From Nitrospirota bacterium (GTDB lineage Bacteria > Nitrospirota > UBA9217), in contig CAVVUN010000015.1 of NCBI GenBank assembly GCA_963751455.1, forward strand, positions 1,312,001 to 1,376,000: 64,000 bases of DNA, read 5' to 3'. Numbering within the stretch: position 1 is the first letter of the stretch; each line of letters starts with the position of its first letter. The notes beneath the pieces were generated by a model, which did not search any database, had not been told where the DNA came from, and worked only from the letters and a program-made list of their open reading frames with translations. Shown here in pieces: positions 29,566-40,156 of this stretch. The translations under genes and the position numbers were made by a program.

Positions 29566-29593
29566 TGTGTTTACGGATAACGAAAGGCGGCAG

Positions 29594-30349
29594 ATGGAAC
29601 CGAATTCCAAGTGGACCTTTATCCTTGCCCGCTTTCCGAAGCGAAAGCAGCTTGTTCTTGATGTCGAACACTGCTCGCCGATCGCCCTCCGCAGCATAAT
29701 CCTCGATGTTCGCACCCCGGACAGCATCCTCGAACGGATCGCTCAGGCCTATTTCGATAATGAAGATATCCTGAAGGACCTCGTTCGCTGCCCGAACCTC
29801 TCGGAAACGACACTGGCCTTCATCGCGCTCACGGCCTCCGACGCAGTCAAGAACTTCATCTCAGGGACCCGGGTCGTGGACGTTGTTATGGGCGACGCGG
29901 CCGGCGGACAGGAACAGGGAGACAAAAAGAAACTGAATGTAACGCAGATCATCCACAGGATGACGCCTTCGCAGAAAATCAAGCTCGCCCTGACCGGGGC
30001 CAAGGACGCCCGCGGCATCCTCATCCGCGAGTCGAGCAAGATAATCGCGCTGGGCGTGCTCGCAAATCCCCGCATCACGATCGGTGAAGTGGAGTTCTTC
30101 GCGAAATCGACCAACCTGAACGAAGACGTGATCCGGAAGATCGGGACGAATTCAGAGTGGTCCAAGAAATATTCGGTCGCCTCGGCGCTCGTGAATAACC
30201 CGAAGACCCCGGTCGGTATTTCTCTCGGTTTTGTAAACCGGATGACAGACCGGGACCTCGGCTTTCTGGAAAAGAGCCGAAGCGTTCCGGAGGCGTTGCG
30301 GTCAGCGGCCAGGCAGCTCGTGATCAAAAGAAAAATGGGCAAGGGATGA
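29594..30349 (+). CDS. Conserved hypothetical alpha-helical protein
   Basis: Long ORF with KIKLAL.G.K.AR.ILIR...VLANP.IT..EV and ALVNNPKTP segments. Confidence 0.75.
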   Translation: MEPNSKWTFILARFPKRKQLVLDVEHCSPIALRSIILDVRTPDSILERIAQAYFDNEDILKDLVRCPNLSETTLAFIALTASDAVKNFISGTRVVDVVMGDAAGGQEQGDKKKLNVTQIIHRMTPSQKIKLALTGAKDARGILIRESSKIIALGVLANPRITIGEVEFFAKSTNLNEDVIRKIGTNSEWSKKYSVASALVNNPKTPVGISLGFVNRMTDRDLGFLEKSRSVPEALRSAARQLVIKRKMGKG

Positions 30350-30438
30350 AAAGCCCTGAATTTTAAGGTCTCTCATTACATAATCACTTTTCCCCCGTTT
30401 TACCAGCCGGACCCCATCAGTCAACTCGAGGTACTTTC

Positions 30439-31440
30439 ATGAAGCGTTCTCCAATTCTTGTTTTTATCGTTGTTTTGATGGTGTCTGCATGCTCCCGGAC
30501 CGCGTCCAGGACCATGCAGAGAGCAGAGTCAATCATGGGTACGGAAGTCACTGTAACGGTCGTGGCAAAAAGCACGGCTGAAGGGGACTCCGCCCTCGAA
30601 GCCGCAATGACGGAGATAAAGCGCTTCGATCAAATGATGTCGCTGTACAAGGACGACAGCGAGCTCACGAAAGTGAACCTGGCCGCGGGAAAACAGCCTG
30701 TCGCGGTTTCTCCGGAAATGATCGAGGTTGTGGAAATAGCGGCCCGGGTGTCTCGTCTTACGAACGGAGCATTCGATGTAACCATCGGGCCACTCGTCGT
30801 GCTGTGGCAGATGCGGCTGAAAGAGGGCAGGCCGCCGACAGACGGGGAGATTGCGCACGTTCTTCCCCGGATCGACTACCGTGCAGTTATAATCGATAAA
30901 AAATCATCGACACTGTTCCTTGCGAAGCCGAACATGATCATGGATTTCGGCGGCATCGCGAAAGGTTATGCGGCCGATAAGGCGGCGGAGTTGCTCAGGA
31001 AGCGCGGTATTGAAAATGCCGTTGTCGCTATCGCGGGCGACATCCGCGTGCTGGGCCGCCGCGAGGACGGCTTGCCCTGGCGCATCGGCGTTCAGCACCC
31101 CAGGGAAAAGGACAAGCTGCTTACCGTTCTCGACCTCTCCGACAAGTACATATCAACTTCCGGAGATTACGAGCGGTTCAAGATGATAGGGAAAAAACGC
31201 TATCACCATATCCTCGACCCCCGCACCGGAAAGCCGTCCAAAGGGATGGCCTCGGTAACCCTGATCTGCGACCGCGGCTCCCTGGGCGACCCGCTGACCA
31301 CGGCCCTTTTTGTCCTTGGCACGGATAAGGGGATGAAGATAGTAAAATCGCTCGGCTATGAAGCGATTTTCGAGGATGATCGGGGAAACGTGGTCATGAC
31401 AGACGGGGTCAGGATAAGGGAGTACCTGTCATCCCGTTGA
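30439..31440 (+). CDS. apbE: FAD:protein FMN transferase
   Basis: Lipobox SAC; MGT, GAFDVT, DFGGIAKGY, STSGDYER, YHHILDPRTG. Confidence 0.93.
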   Translation: MKRSPILVFIVVLMVSACSRTASRTMQRAESIMGTEVTVTVVAKSTAEGDSALEAAMTEIKRFDQMMSLYKDDSELTKVNLAAGKQPVAVSPEMIEVVEIAARVSRLTNGAFDVTIGPLVVLWQMRLKEGRPPTDGEIAHVLPRIDYRAVIIDKKSSTLFLAKPNMIMDFGGIAKGYAADKAAELLRKRGIENAVVAIAGDIRVLGRREDGLPWRIGVQHPREKDKLLTVLDLSDKYISTSGDYERFKMIGKKRYHHILDPRTGKPSKGMASVTLICDRGSLGDPLTTALFVLGTDKGMKIVKSLGYEAIFEDDRGNVVMTDGVRIREYLSSR

Positions 31441-31774
31441 AATTTTAACTTGCAATCCCCCGCAGCTTGCTGGGGGGAGGTTCATTATTTGCTGCCGAGG
31501 AGTTCTAAGGCAGTTTTCCTTATCCAAAAAATTTGAAATACCAGCTTCCCTTCATTTCATATTTTTCTTCTCCGTTTTGAACTCAACTCAAACATCCTGC
31601 CTCGGAATTCGCCATGCCGTCATGCGTTATATCAAGTTGAAAATTGATTCGCTTAAGACAAGAATTCTTAAAAAGCGCTATATTTCTAAAAGCAGGATTT
31701 CACCAATTGATGCTGCAGGCTTTTATTCAGCAGGACGGAACATGACGGCAGCTGTTTCGATCGAGGGTTGACCC

Positions 31775-32914
31775 ATGCTTTATGAAAAAACCATGATGGG
31801 GGTAAGAATGCTTGCGCTGAAGGATGCAGTCGGTCAGGTGCTTGCGCACGATATAACCGAGATCAGGCCCGGAGAGTTCAAAGGCAGGGCATTCAAGAAG
31901 GGTCACATGATACGGGAAGAAGATGTATGCCGCCTCCAAACTCTCGGGAAGGAGCATCTTTTCATTCTCGATATCGGCGAAGACGAGATGCATGAGGACG
32001 ACGCGGCCCGTGCGCTTGCAAACGGGTTGACGGGCCCAGGCGTTAAGATCAAGGGTGAACCGCGAGAAGGGAAAATCGATATTATCGCTGACCGGGATGG
32101 ATTGCTAAAGGTAGATACAAACGCACTTCTTCAGCTCAATATGCTGGGCGAGGTAATGTGTGCAACGCTGCACGATAATACACTAGTAAAAAAAGGACAG
32201 GTCGTTGCCGGGACGCGGGCCATTCCGCTGGTTGTGAAGAAGAGCATCGTGGAAGAAGCGGTGAGGATTTTGGTCCATAAAGGTATTATTGAGGTGAAGG
32301 AAATACGCAAGCCCAGGGCCGGCGTGGTGATCACCGGTAACGAAGTCTATCATGGCAGAATCAAGGACGCCTTCGCGCCGATCATTACAAAAAAGATAAA
32401 AGAACTCGGGGGGGAGCTTGCAGGAATCCATTACGCGCCCGACGATACGGCGTTCATTGTTAACAGGCTCAGGGAACTGCTGAATGCAGGAGCGGACCTG
32501 CTGATTACTACCGGCGGCATGTCCGTGGATCCGGATGACGTCACGCGGTTCGCAATTCGGGAACTTGGGGCGACCGACGTAACCTATGGTTCAGCGGTAT
32601 TGCCGGGATCGATGTTTTTGATAGGATACCTCGACAGGAATGGACGCGGAGACGAAATGACACGGGGACACGAGGACCGAAATAACAACGGCGGCGAGGC
32701 GGACATTTCACTGCGCCCCCCCGTACCTCCCATTCCGATTTTAGGTGTTCCCGCATCAGGGATTTATGCAAAAACCACGATTTTCGACCTTGTTCTTCCG
32801 AGAGTTCTTGCCGGAGAGCGGATTGGGAGAAAAGAGGTTGCGGTCCTGGGTCACGGAGGGCTGTGCATGAAGTGCGATGTGTGCCGCTATCCGATCTGTC
32901 CTTTCGGAAAATAG
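31775..32914 (+). CDS. Molybdopterin-binding (MoeA/MoCF_biosynth-like) protein with C-terminal Cys cluster
   Basis: AVG.VLAHDITEI, TGNEVY.G.I.D.F, TTGGMSVDPDD, GHGGLCMKCDVCRYPICPFGK; start may be a downstream Met. Confidence 0.88.
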   Translation: MLYEKTMMGVRMLALKDAVGQVLAHDITEIRPGEFKGRAFKKGHMIREEDVCRLQTLGKEHLFILDIGEDEMHEDDAARALANGLTGPGVKIKGEPREGKIDIIADRDGLLKVDTNALLQLNMLGEVMCATLHDNTLVKKGQVVAGTRAIPLVVKKSIVEEAVRILVHKGIIEVKEIRKPRAGVVITGNEVYHGRIKDAFAPIITKKIKELGGELAGIHYAPDDTAFIVNRLRELLNAGADLLITTGGMSVDPDDVTRFAIRELGATDVTYGSAVLPGSMFLIGYLDRNGRGDEMTRGHEDRNNNGGEADISLRPPVPPIPILGVPASGIYAKTTIFDLVLPRVLAGERIGRKEVAVLGHGGLCMKCDVCRYPICPFGK

Positions 32915-33475
32915 GAATCAATGAATAGAGAACGTGCGACGAAGGAGTGTATAAATTCTTGCATCTGGAAAAACTGAATTAGAAATGATCAATCCGCTCG
33001 ACAGTCACCCTCCAAACCCTCGCGCAAAGAAAGCGGGACGGCGAAGTCCGGGCCGGAGAGCATCACTGAGGAGAAATCCTGCCTTGTCGACAGCGCTTAT
33101 TTGTTTTTTTTGCTTTTTTAGCCAAACAATCCCTCCTCAACTTTTTTCAGGACAGTATTAGTCTTCTATAGACTTTCTCGGGCGACAGATTTAGTATACT
33201 TAATGCTGACGTCCCTTTTCCTCATTTTACGCCTTGCACGCCCTTCCGCCGTGTTACAAGCCGTAAACCCTACAATATCAGTCCGCGAGCACGGCTATTG
33301 CATACTTCTTGGGGCTTTAAGCTATCGCCAGCTGTCGCGTCAAGCATGGAATGCCACTGTCATATTGATTCTGTTTCGATAAGGAGGTGAGAGAAAAATT
33401 ACCGGATAAAAGGCTGTTGTGTTTTGCATCACATTTGTTTGAAATGAATCAGAACAGAATAAAAAGAGGGGGAAC

Positions 33476-36099
33476 ATGAATACCAAAAGTATTTTCAAAA
33501 ACAAGAACAGGTTTCTTGTGATTTGCATTGTGTTGCTTGCCGCGGTTTTCCTCATGGCAGGCTGTAAGGGCAGTGATGGAACGCAAGGCCAGGCCGGCGC
33601 AGCAGGCTCTGACGGCTCGGATGGCCAGGACCTGACGGCAGGGCCGGCAAATGAGCAGTGTCTGCTCTGTCATGGCACGGGTGCAGTGGCCGATATAAAG
33701 GTCATGCATGCGCCTGACGTCACGGCTGAGCCGGTAATTGCATACAATAACCTGGTAGATATCCGCAACCAGAGCGCGGCTTCGCTGTCCGGGCTTACCA
33801 TGACGGGAACCGTGGATCTCGTTACGATCACGAGCGGCACCGTGGTTGTTAATTTCACCGTAAAGGATTCGGTTAACCGGGGCGTAACAGGCCTTGCTAC
33901 AGACTACATCGCGACAACCGGCAGCAGCGCCGGACAGACCCTTTTAGCGCATTTGCGTTTTGCAATTGCGAAACTTGTACCCGGGACGAGCGGCAGCCCA
34001 GATAAGTGGGAAAGCTATATGGTGACCTCCACCTCGCGTCCTACCACTGAGAACAGAGTGGATGCCGGCTACGGCGTTATCGACGATCTCGACAACGGCT
34101 CCTACACATACACGTTCGCGAAGAATGTGACGACAGTGTCGGGAGTCACCTATGATGCGAACGCAACCCACCGAATCGCTATCCAGATTTCAGGCGGCAG
34201 TTCCGCCGGATATCCGAATATCGTGAATCCATTGAACATCATCAAAGACTTTATTCCCGCGGATTTTGCAGGCGGAACGCCTACCTCGCGCAATATCGTC
34301 ACGGCTGCTGCCTGTAACGGGTGTCATTACAAGATCGGGACTACCACGCCGCACGGCGGACGCGTCGATACGAGCTCTGCGTGGTCTGCCATACCTATCA
34401 GCGGGGGATCGGCCGTACAGCCAAGGCCCCGGATGCGAGCGGGGTGCTGTCCACGCCGACGAGCACCGGCGTTCTCGCCTCGACGTACATTGTTTCCGGC
34501 CAGACCGGCACTATCGACGGCTGGGCCGGCCCTTCGCAACTCGAATTTGTCACCTATATCCACAAGATCCATAGAGGCAAGGAACTCGGGTTGCAAGGTT
34601 ATAATGTCGGCGGCGTTTATTTGAACGAGATCACCTTCCCCCAGGATATTCGCAACTGCGTCAAGTGCCATAACGGGACCGAGGGCGACAACTGGAAGAC
34701 AAAGCCCAGCCGGAAGGCATGCGGCTCCTGCCACGATACTACCACCTGGATCAGCCCTGCCCCTGCCGGATTCACGCTCCACAGCGGCGGAGCAATGACG
34801 GATGATTCGACATGCGCTGTTTGCCACGGGGCTACTACTGGGCTTGCGCCAATCGTGGACAACCATGTGGCTGTGGCTCCGCCGGCAACGTCGACCTTCA
34901 GCGGCAATGTCAATGCGGCGTATCTTGCCGCAGCCGGCGTAGTACCGCCCAGTGCAGACCAGATCACCTACGTCATCAGCAGCGTCACAACAACGAACAA
35001 TCGCCCCGCTATTACCTTCAAGCTGCAGAATAACGGCAGCGATGTAGTCTTTACGGCCCCGACTTCGACGACCAGTGAACTGGGTATACCCAATTTTGTG
35101 GGATCGCCGAGTGTCTACTTCGTCTGGTCTGTTCCTCAGGACGGCATCACTGCCCCGGCTGATTTCAATGTCAGTGCAAGCGGCTACATCAAGGGCATCT
35201 GGAACGACGCTGTGAACCAGGACACGAGCACAACCAACGGCGCCACGATAACAGGTCCGGTAGGAGGGTATTATACCATCACCCTTACCCAGGTGTCCGT
35301 GCCGAGCAGCGCTAAGATGCTGACCGGCGGCATCGGTTATTCCTATAGCCTGCCCAACACTCAGCCGCTCACCCAGACCAACCTGACGGAATACCCATAC
35401 AACTCGTCAAAGATAGGCGGCCTTATCGTTCCGTCGCCTAATGTATGGAAAGTAGCCACAGGGTTTAAAGGCCGGCGTGTGGTTGTGGATACGGATAAAT
35501 GCAAGACATGCCACGGTGCACTCGGGGCCGCGCCCACGTTCCATGCCGGGCAGCGGAATGATGCTCCTACGTGTTCGTTCTGCCATACACCGAACAGAAC
35601 CAGCAGCGGCTGGTCGGCTAACGTAAGCACCTTTATTCACGGTATCCACGCGAGTGCGAAGCGTACAGAGCCGTTCAATTGGCATGCGGTTTCCGCGACC
35701 GAGGACTTCTCGGAAGTCACCTACCCAGGCCTTCTCAACAAGTGCGAGCAGTGTCACGTTTCCGGCGGTTATGACTTCAGCGGAAGCATGTATACGGCGA
35801 ACAGCGGGGCGCAGGGAGTCGCAAATATGCTCTTCAGCACCGCTGCCACCGGCACGCTTTCCTCGAGTTCCACCAGTTCGTTTGCGTTCTCGCCCTATGT
35901 GGCACTGGATACGAACTACGGCAGCGGTTTCAGCTATAACGCCACTACAGGCGTTACCACGCCGGCTGCCGGCACCACGCTGGTCACCTCACCGATCACC
36001 GCAGCATGCTTCGCCTGCCATGACAGCTCCAGCGCCGCCGCGCATATGAAGGCAAATGGCGGAGTGATCTATCAGCGGAGGAGCGTTGCTATTCAGTAA
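33476..36099 (+). CDS. OmcA/MtrC-family decaheme c-type cytochrome lipoprotein (one frameshift near 34371)
   Basis: Joining ORFs 33476-34624 and 34321-36099 gives lipobox MAGC and 10 CXXCH motifs (CLLCH, CNGCH, CVVCH, CVKCH, CGSCH, CAVCH, CKTCH, CSFCH, CEQCH, CFACH). Confidence 0.88.
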
Positions 36100-36150
36100 G
36101 ACCGGACGGTTATTATCAGATACAATGATGGATGACCGGTAAATATGCAG

Positions 36151-36183
36151 GAGGCGGACCTTGCAAAAGGCCGCCTCTTTTTC
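36151..36183 (+). terminator. Intrinsic terminator
   Basis: gaggcggacctt-gcaa-aaggccgcctc followed by T tract. Confidence 0.7.
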
Positions 36184-36263
36184 TTCAAATCTTCAATCGC
36201 GACCTGGAATCCCTCGCTCGTGCCGGAGGAGACTCCTCGTGATATTACTGCAGATGCAAGGAG

Positions 36264-36623
36264 ATGAAACACATGAGACGCAGCGCAACGTTGTTTTGTT
36301 TATTATTGGTCATGTCATTCATTATGAACGTGGCCGGGTGTTCCCGGTTGTTCCAACCTTCGGATGCAGAAGTGCTCAAGGCAATAGACGATTCCGGAGT
36401 GTTAAAGGGGAGTTCTTTTTCCGTGAAATCGCCGATCGTTATTGTTGAACGCGGGCAGCGTAATCCGGACGGTTCGTGGCCGGTCAAAGTAAAAATGATC
36501 CTGACAATGGAGATGCCCGGAGGAAAAATATCGGAACCGCGGGAAAACACGACCCGGTTCAAGATTTTCAAATCGAAGGATGCCGGGGGCCGTTCTATCT
36601 GGAAGGCAAGGTTGGGCTCATAA
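36264..36623 (+). CDS. Hypothetical lipoprotein
   Basis: Lipobox VAGC; SD aaggag. Confidence 0.75.
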   Translation: MKHMRRSATLFCLLLVMSFIMNVAGCSRLFQPSDAEVLKAIDDSGVLKGSSFSVKSPIVIVERGQRNPDGSWPVKVKMILTMEMPGGKISEPRENTTRFKIFKSKDAGGRSIWKARLGS

Positions 36624-36741
36624 CTTCCTTACAAAGGCCGGCAGACAGTCACATTATCAAAACAGTAAAGCAAGGAGGAGATAATTCGCTAAGTACAGAA
36701 TTGTGTCCTCACAAGCGTCAAAACAATAAGAGGTGCAGTGT

Positions 36742-37572
36742 ATGTCACACATAAAGAAAATAACAATGCCGGCCATGGTCATGGTCCTGGTGTTGGGGTT
36801 CCTGCTGGCGGCCGGATGCGGGGATCCGAACTCGAACGTCGCGTTCAACCCGGACAGTGGAGCCCATCCGGTGGGGTGGCTTCCTTCAGGCCATGCAGTA
36901 CGGGCCAAGGCCAATGCAAACTCCTGCGCTGAGTGCCACGGCTCTGATTTATCCGGGGGAATCGCGTCCGTCTCCTGTTCGCCATGCCATCAGAAGGGTT
37001 CTCCTTATGCCTTTACTGATTGCACATCCTGTCACGGCAAGCCTCCGACGGGGACAGTTGCTCCCAATAGAAGCGGGGTTCACGCTGTTCACAACGCGCT
37101 GCCAACCGTTGCGACCGTGTGCGATACCTGTCACAGCGGCGCCGGGTCTGGGACGCCGACTCATGCCGACGGCGTTGTGGAGCTCAATCTTCAGACCCTC
37201 TACAGCGCAAAAAGCGGAGCAGCAGTCCGAAACAGCGATGGCACCTGCTCCCAGGTAAGTTGCCACGGCGGACAGACGACGCCGGCCTGGTCGTCAGGAA
37301 CAACCATTGATGTAAGTACGCAATGTACAGTGTGCCACTCCTTTGGCACTTCCGAATATAACAGCTTTTCGTCCGGCAAGCATGATATACATGTGAATGC
37401 AGCTAACTTTGCCTGCACCCGATGTCACGACACCTCGAAACTCGCCCTGAACCATTTTTCGTTCCTGAATACGACGATTATGGAAGGACCTGCCTCGTCA
37501 ACGATATACAGCAATTTTAACTACAACAACGGTCAGTGCGGAACGGTTTGTCACGGAACCAAATTCTGGTAG
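36742..37572 (+). CDS. Multiheme cytochrome c lipoprotein with CxxCH and CxxxxCH motifs (Geobacter-type)
   Basis: CAECH, CSPCH, CTSCH, CDTCH, CSQVSCH, CTVCH, CTRCH, CGTVCH; lipobox AAGC. Confidence 0.88.
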   Translation: MSHIKKITMPAMVMVLVLGFLLAAGCGDPNSNVAFNPDSGAHPVGWLPSGHAVRAKANANSCAECHGSDLSGGIASVSCSPCHQKGSPYAFTDCTSCHGKPPTGTVAPNRSGVHAVHNALPTVATVCDTCHSGAGSGTPTHADGVVELNLQTLYSAKSGAAVRNSDGTCSQVSCHGGQTTPAWSSGTTIDVSTQCTVCHSFGTSEYNSFSSGKHDIHVNAANFACTRCHDTSKLALNHFSFLNTTIMEGPASSTIYSNFNYNNGQCGTVCHGTKFW

Positions 37573-37611
37573 CACACAATGCAGTCTCTATTCAAAGACA
37601 CGTTATAAAAG

Positions 37612-37651
37612 ATGGCAGGACCGCCGCCGTTTCGCGGAGGTTCTGCCATTT
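37612..37651 (+). terminator. Probable terminator hairpin
   Basis: atggcaggacc...ggttctgccattt. Confidence 0.5.
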
Positions 37652-37688
37652 ATGCCGCGGATAATAAGGGGGACTTTAAAACAAGCAC

Positions 37689-37737
37689 TTGACAAAATTG
37701 GCTTTCCCTACTATCATATAAAAAATAATTGATATGA
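37689..37737 (+). promoter_or_regulatory. ars operon promoter with putative ArsR operator
   Basis: TTGACA-17 nt-TATCAT overlapped by the inverted repeat tcatat...atatga. Confidence 0.6.
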
Positions 37738-37740
37738 GGT

Positions 37741-38700
37741 GTGGGGTTGTTAAATGGTATTGCTCACTATCTGGTATATTCTGCGTTCGGCATGGAACAG
37801 GGCAATCGCTTGTCGAATGCCCTAGAGTTCTTTATTTACGACTCCATAAAGATATTCCTGCTGCTCTCCGTCATCATCTTCTCCGTATCCATTATACGGT
37901 CCTACTTTCCCCCGGAGCGCACCAAACGCATCCTTTCCCATAAACGACAGTTTATCGGTAACATCCTCGCTGCCCTTCTCGGCATTGTCACGCCCTTCTG
38001 CTCCTGCTCGGCGGTTCCGCTTTTTATCGGGTTCATGGAAGCAGGGGTTCCGCTGGGAGTTACTTTTTCATTTCTTATCTCGTCGCCCATGGTGAACGAG
38101 GTTGCGGTTGTGCTTCTTTGGGGGCTGTTCGGCTGGAAGATCGCTCTCATCTATATGACCGTCGGCCTTCTTGTTGCGATTATTGCCGGACTCATTATCG
38201 GCAGGTTGAAACTGGAGCACTGGGTTGAAGAGTACGTTTACAAGATCCAATCCCTCGGCATTACCCGGGAGGTCGCTAAACAGAAATTCCGGGAGCGGCT
38301 TATTTCCGCGCGCTGGAGTACGGTTGACATTCTTAAGCGTGTATGGCTCTACGTGATAGTCGCCATCGGTATCGGCGGGTTCATCCATGGATACGTGCCT
38401 GAGGACTTCCTCGTACGCTACGCCGGTCCGCAGAATCCCTTCGGGGTACCGGTTGCCGTCGCTCTCGGCGTACCTCTTTACTCAAATGCGGCAGGCGTTA
38501 TTCCCATTGTCTATGCGCTCATGGAGAAGGGGATGAGCATGGGCACGGTGCTGGCCTTCATGATGGCGGTGACCGCGTTGTCGCTTCCTGAAATGATCAT
38601 TCTCCGGAAGGTGCTCAACATCAAGCTCCTTGCAGTATTCGTTTCCATCATGACGATTACTATCATAGGCGTGGGCTATTTATTCAACGCTCTTTTGTAG
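37741..38700 (+). CDS. ArsP/DUF318 family permease
   Basis: TPFCSCSAVPLF, FLISSPMVNE, GVPLYSN, LSLPEM motifs. Confidence 0.9.
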   Translation: MGLLNGIAHYLVYSAFGMEQGNRLSNALEFFIYDSIKIFLLLSVIIFSVSIIRSYFPPERTKRILSHKRQFIGNILAALLGIVTPFCSCSAVPLFIGFMEAGVPLGVTFSFLISSPMVNEVAVVLLWGLFGWKIALIYMTVGLLVAIIAGLIIGRLKLEHWVEEYVYKIQSLGITREVAKQKFRERLISARWSTVDILKRVWLYVIVAIGIGGFIHGYVPEDFLVRYAGPQNPFGVPVAVALGVPLYSNAAGVIPIVYALMEKGMSMGTVLAFMMAVTALSLPEMIILRKVLNIKLLAVFVSIMTITIIGVGYLFNALL

Positions 38701-38764
38701 GTGATGAGAAATTAACAGCTCTACATCTGGAATTTTGAGTCAACGTAAAGTCAAATAATATTTT

Positions 38765-38870
38765 CGCGCAAAGGCGCCAAGACGCCAAGTACAGAAGTAA
38801 AATAATGGTCTGCGATTTTCTTTGCGCCTTTGCGGCTCAGTGTGGCCCTCTTTTTGGCCATTGCGCGAGA
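38765..38870. repeat. Family B dispersed inverted repeat inside the ars operon
   Basis: tcgcgcaaaggcgccaagacgccaag ... ctttgcgcctttgcggctc...ttgcgcgaga. Confidence 0.7.
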
Positions 38871-38922
38871 CGTTTTTGTTTTTTATTTAGTTAAACCCCC
38901 TGGTCTGAGGCAGTGGTAAAAA

Positions 38923-39252
38923 ATGATGATAACAAAATCTATTGCGTTCTTTGTGCTTGCCGGTCTTTTTGAAATCGGCGGCGGCTACCTGATGTGGCTT
39001 TGGCTGAGAGAAGGTAAAAGCGTCTGGTACGCGCTCTCGGGAGCGATCGTGCTGGCGTTATACGGCGTTGTCCCGACTCTCCAGCCTGCCCATTTCGGAA
39101 GAGTGTATGCCGCCTATGGAGGAGTGTTCGTCGTAATGTCCATTTTGTGGGGCTGGAAAGTTGATAAAATCGCACCTGATCGCTTTGACTTGATCGGAGC
39201 CGTTGTTTGTCTGGCCGGTGTATCCGTCATAATGTACTGGCCGAGAACTTAA
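38923..39252 (+). CDS. ynfA: YnfA (UPF0060) family small membrane protein
   Basis: [32 protein letters not shown]. Confidence 0.9.
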   Translation: MMITKSIAFFVLAGLFEIGGGYLMWLWLREGKSVWYALSGAIVLALYGVVPTLQPAHFGRVYAAYGGVFVVMSILWGWKVDKIAPDRFDLIGAVVCLAGVSVIMYWPRT

Positions 39253-39267
39253 CCTGGGAGGAAATCT

Positions 39268-39510
39268 ATGGAAATCAAAGTGCTTGGTACCGGATGTGCA
39301 AACTGTCGCAAGATGGAAGAGCTGACGAAGGCCGCTGTCAAGGAACTCGGCCTTGAGGCAAAGATTGAGAAAATCACAGACATTGGACAGATTGCCATGC
39401 ACGGCATATTATCCACCCCCGGCCTTATCATCAATGGAAAGATAAAACACTCTGGAAAGCCGCTTCCGAGCCTGCAAAACGTGAAGGAACTGATCAAGGG
39501 AGAGGCTTAG
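39268..39510 (+). CDS. Thioredoxin-like redox-active disulfide protein (MTH895-like)
   Basis: IKVLGTGCANC, G.LSTPGL.ING. Confidence 0.9.
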   Translation: MEIKVLGTGCANCRKMEELTKAAVKELGLEAKIEKITDIGQIAMHGILSTPGLIINGKIKHSGKPLPSLQNVKELIKGEA

Positions 39511-39511
39511 G

Positions 39512-40144
39512 ATGAGTTTAGAAAAGAAAAAGGATTTCGACAAAGAAGCGGCTGCCTGGGACAACAACCCGGTCAGAATAAAACTTGCCCATGACGTAGC
39601 TGACGCTATTATCGCAGAGGCGCACCCGACAAAGGAGATGGAAGCGCTGGATTTCGGCTGCGGTACAGGGCTTGTCACGCTCCGGCTTCAGCCACTCGTT
39701 AAGGGGATAACCGGCGGGGACAGCTCAAAAGGCATGCTTGCCGTTCTCGAGGACAAGACAACAAAGCAGGGGCATGCGAATGTCAAGACGCAACTTGTGG
39801 ATTTCGAGCAGGGCGGAAAAGTTTCGGGCCTTTTTAATCTCGTTGTCAGCAGTATGACGATGCACCATGTGCAAAACACAGTGGCTTTGGTCGGACAGCT
39901 CTCGGACCTGTTGCATCCGGGTGGCAGCCTCTGCATCGCCGATCTCGACAAGGAAGACGGCTCGTTCCACGGCGACAATACCGGCGTCTTTCACTACGGT
40001 TTTGATCGTTTGCACATCAAGAGTCTCTTTGAAGCGGCCGGCCTTTCCTCGGTTCGCGATATTACGGCAGCGCGAATCGTACGAACCTCACAGAACGGAA
40101 CGAGGGAATTTCCCGTGTTTCTGATTACGGGCAGAAAACCATGA
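39512..40144 (+). CDS. Class I SAM-dependent methyltransferase
   Basis: LDFGCGTG, SSMTMHH, L.PGG.L.IADL. Confidence 0.9.
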   Translation: MSLEKKKDFDKEAAAWDNNPVRIKLAHDVADAIIAEAHPTKEMEALDFGCGTGLVTLRLQPLVKGITGGDSSKGMLAVLEDKTTKQGHANVKTQLVDFEQGGKVSGLFNLVVSSMTMHHVQNTVALVGQLSDLLHPGGSLCIADLDKEDGSFHGDNTGVFHYGFDRLHIKSLFEAAGLSSVRDITAARIVRTSQNGTREFPVFLITGRKP

Positions 40145-40156
40145 GGGAAGCGATAT

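Noticed and set aside
31452-31484. IS200/IS605-like end hairpin (atcccccgcagcttgctgggggg)
   Set aside because: Single hairpin with no transposase or partner end; cannot be distinguished from a terminator-like or REP-like palindrome.
33286-33303. Sigma54 promoter upstream of the decaheme cytochrome
   Set aside because: Reads AGCAC-N5-TTGC, so the invariant -24 GG is absent.
34360-34385. Programmed frameshift or pseudogenisation of the decaheme cytochrome
   Set aside because: A single missing base restores the CVVCH frame, there is no slippery heptamer, and both halves look intact; most likely a sequencing or assembly indel. Needs a read check.
39512-40144. ArsM arsenite methyltransferase
   Set aside because: Shorter than typical ArsM and lacks its conserved Cys pattern; left as a generic methyltransferase.
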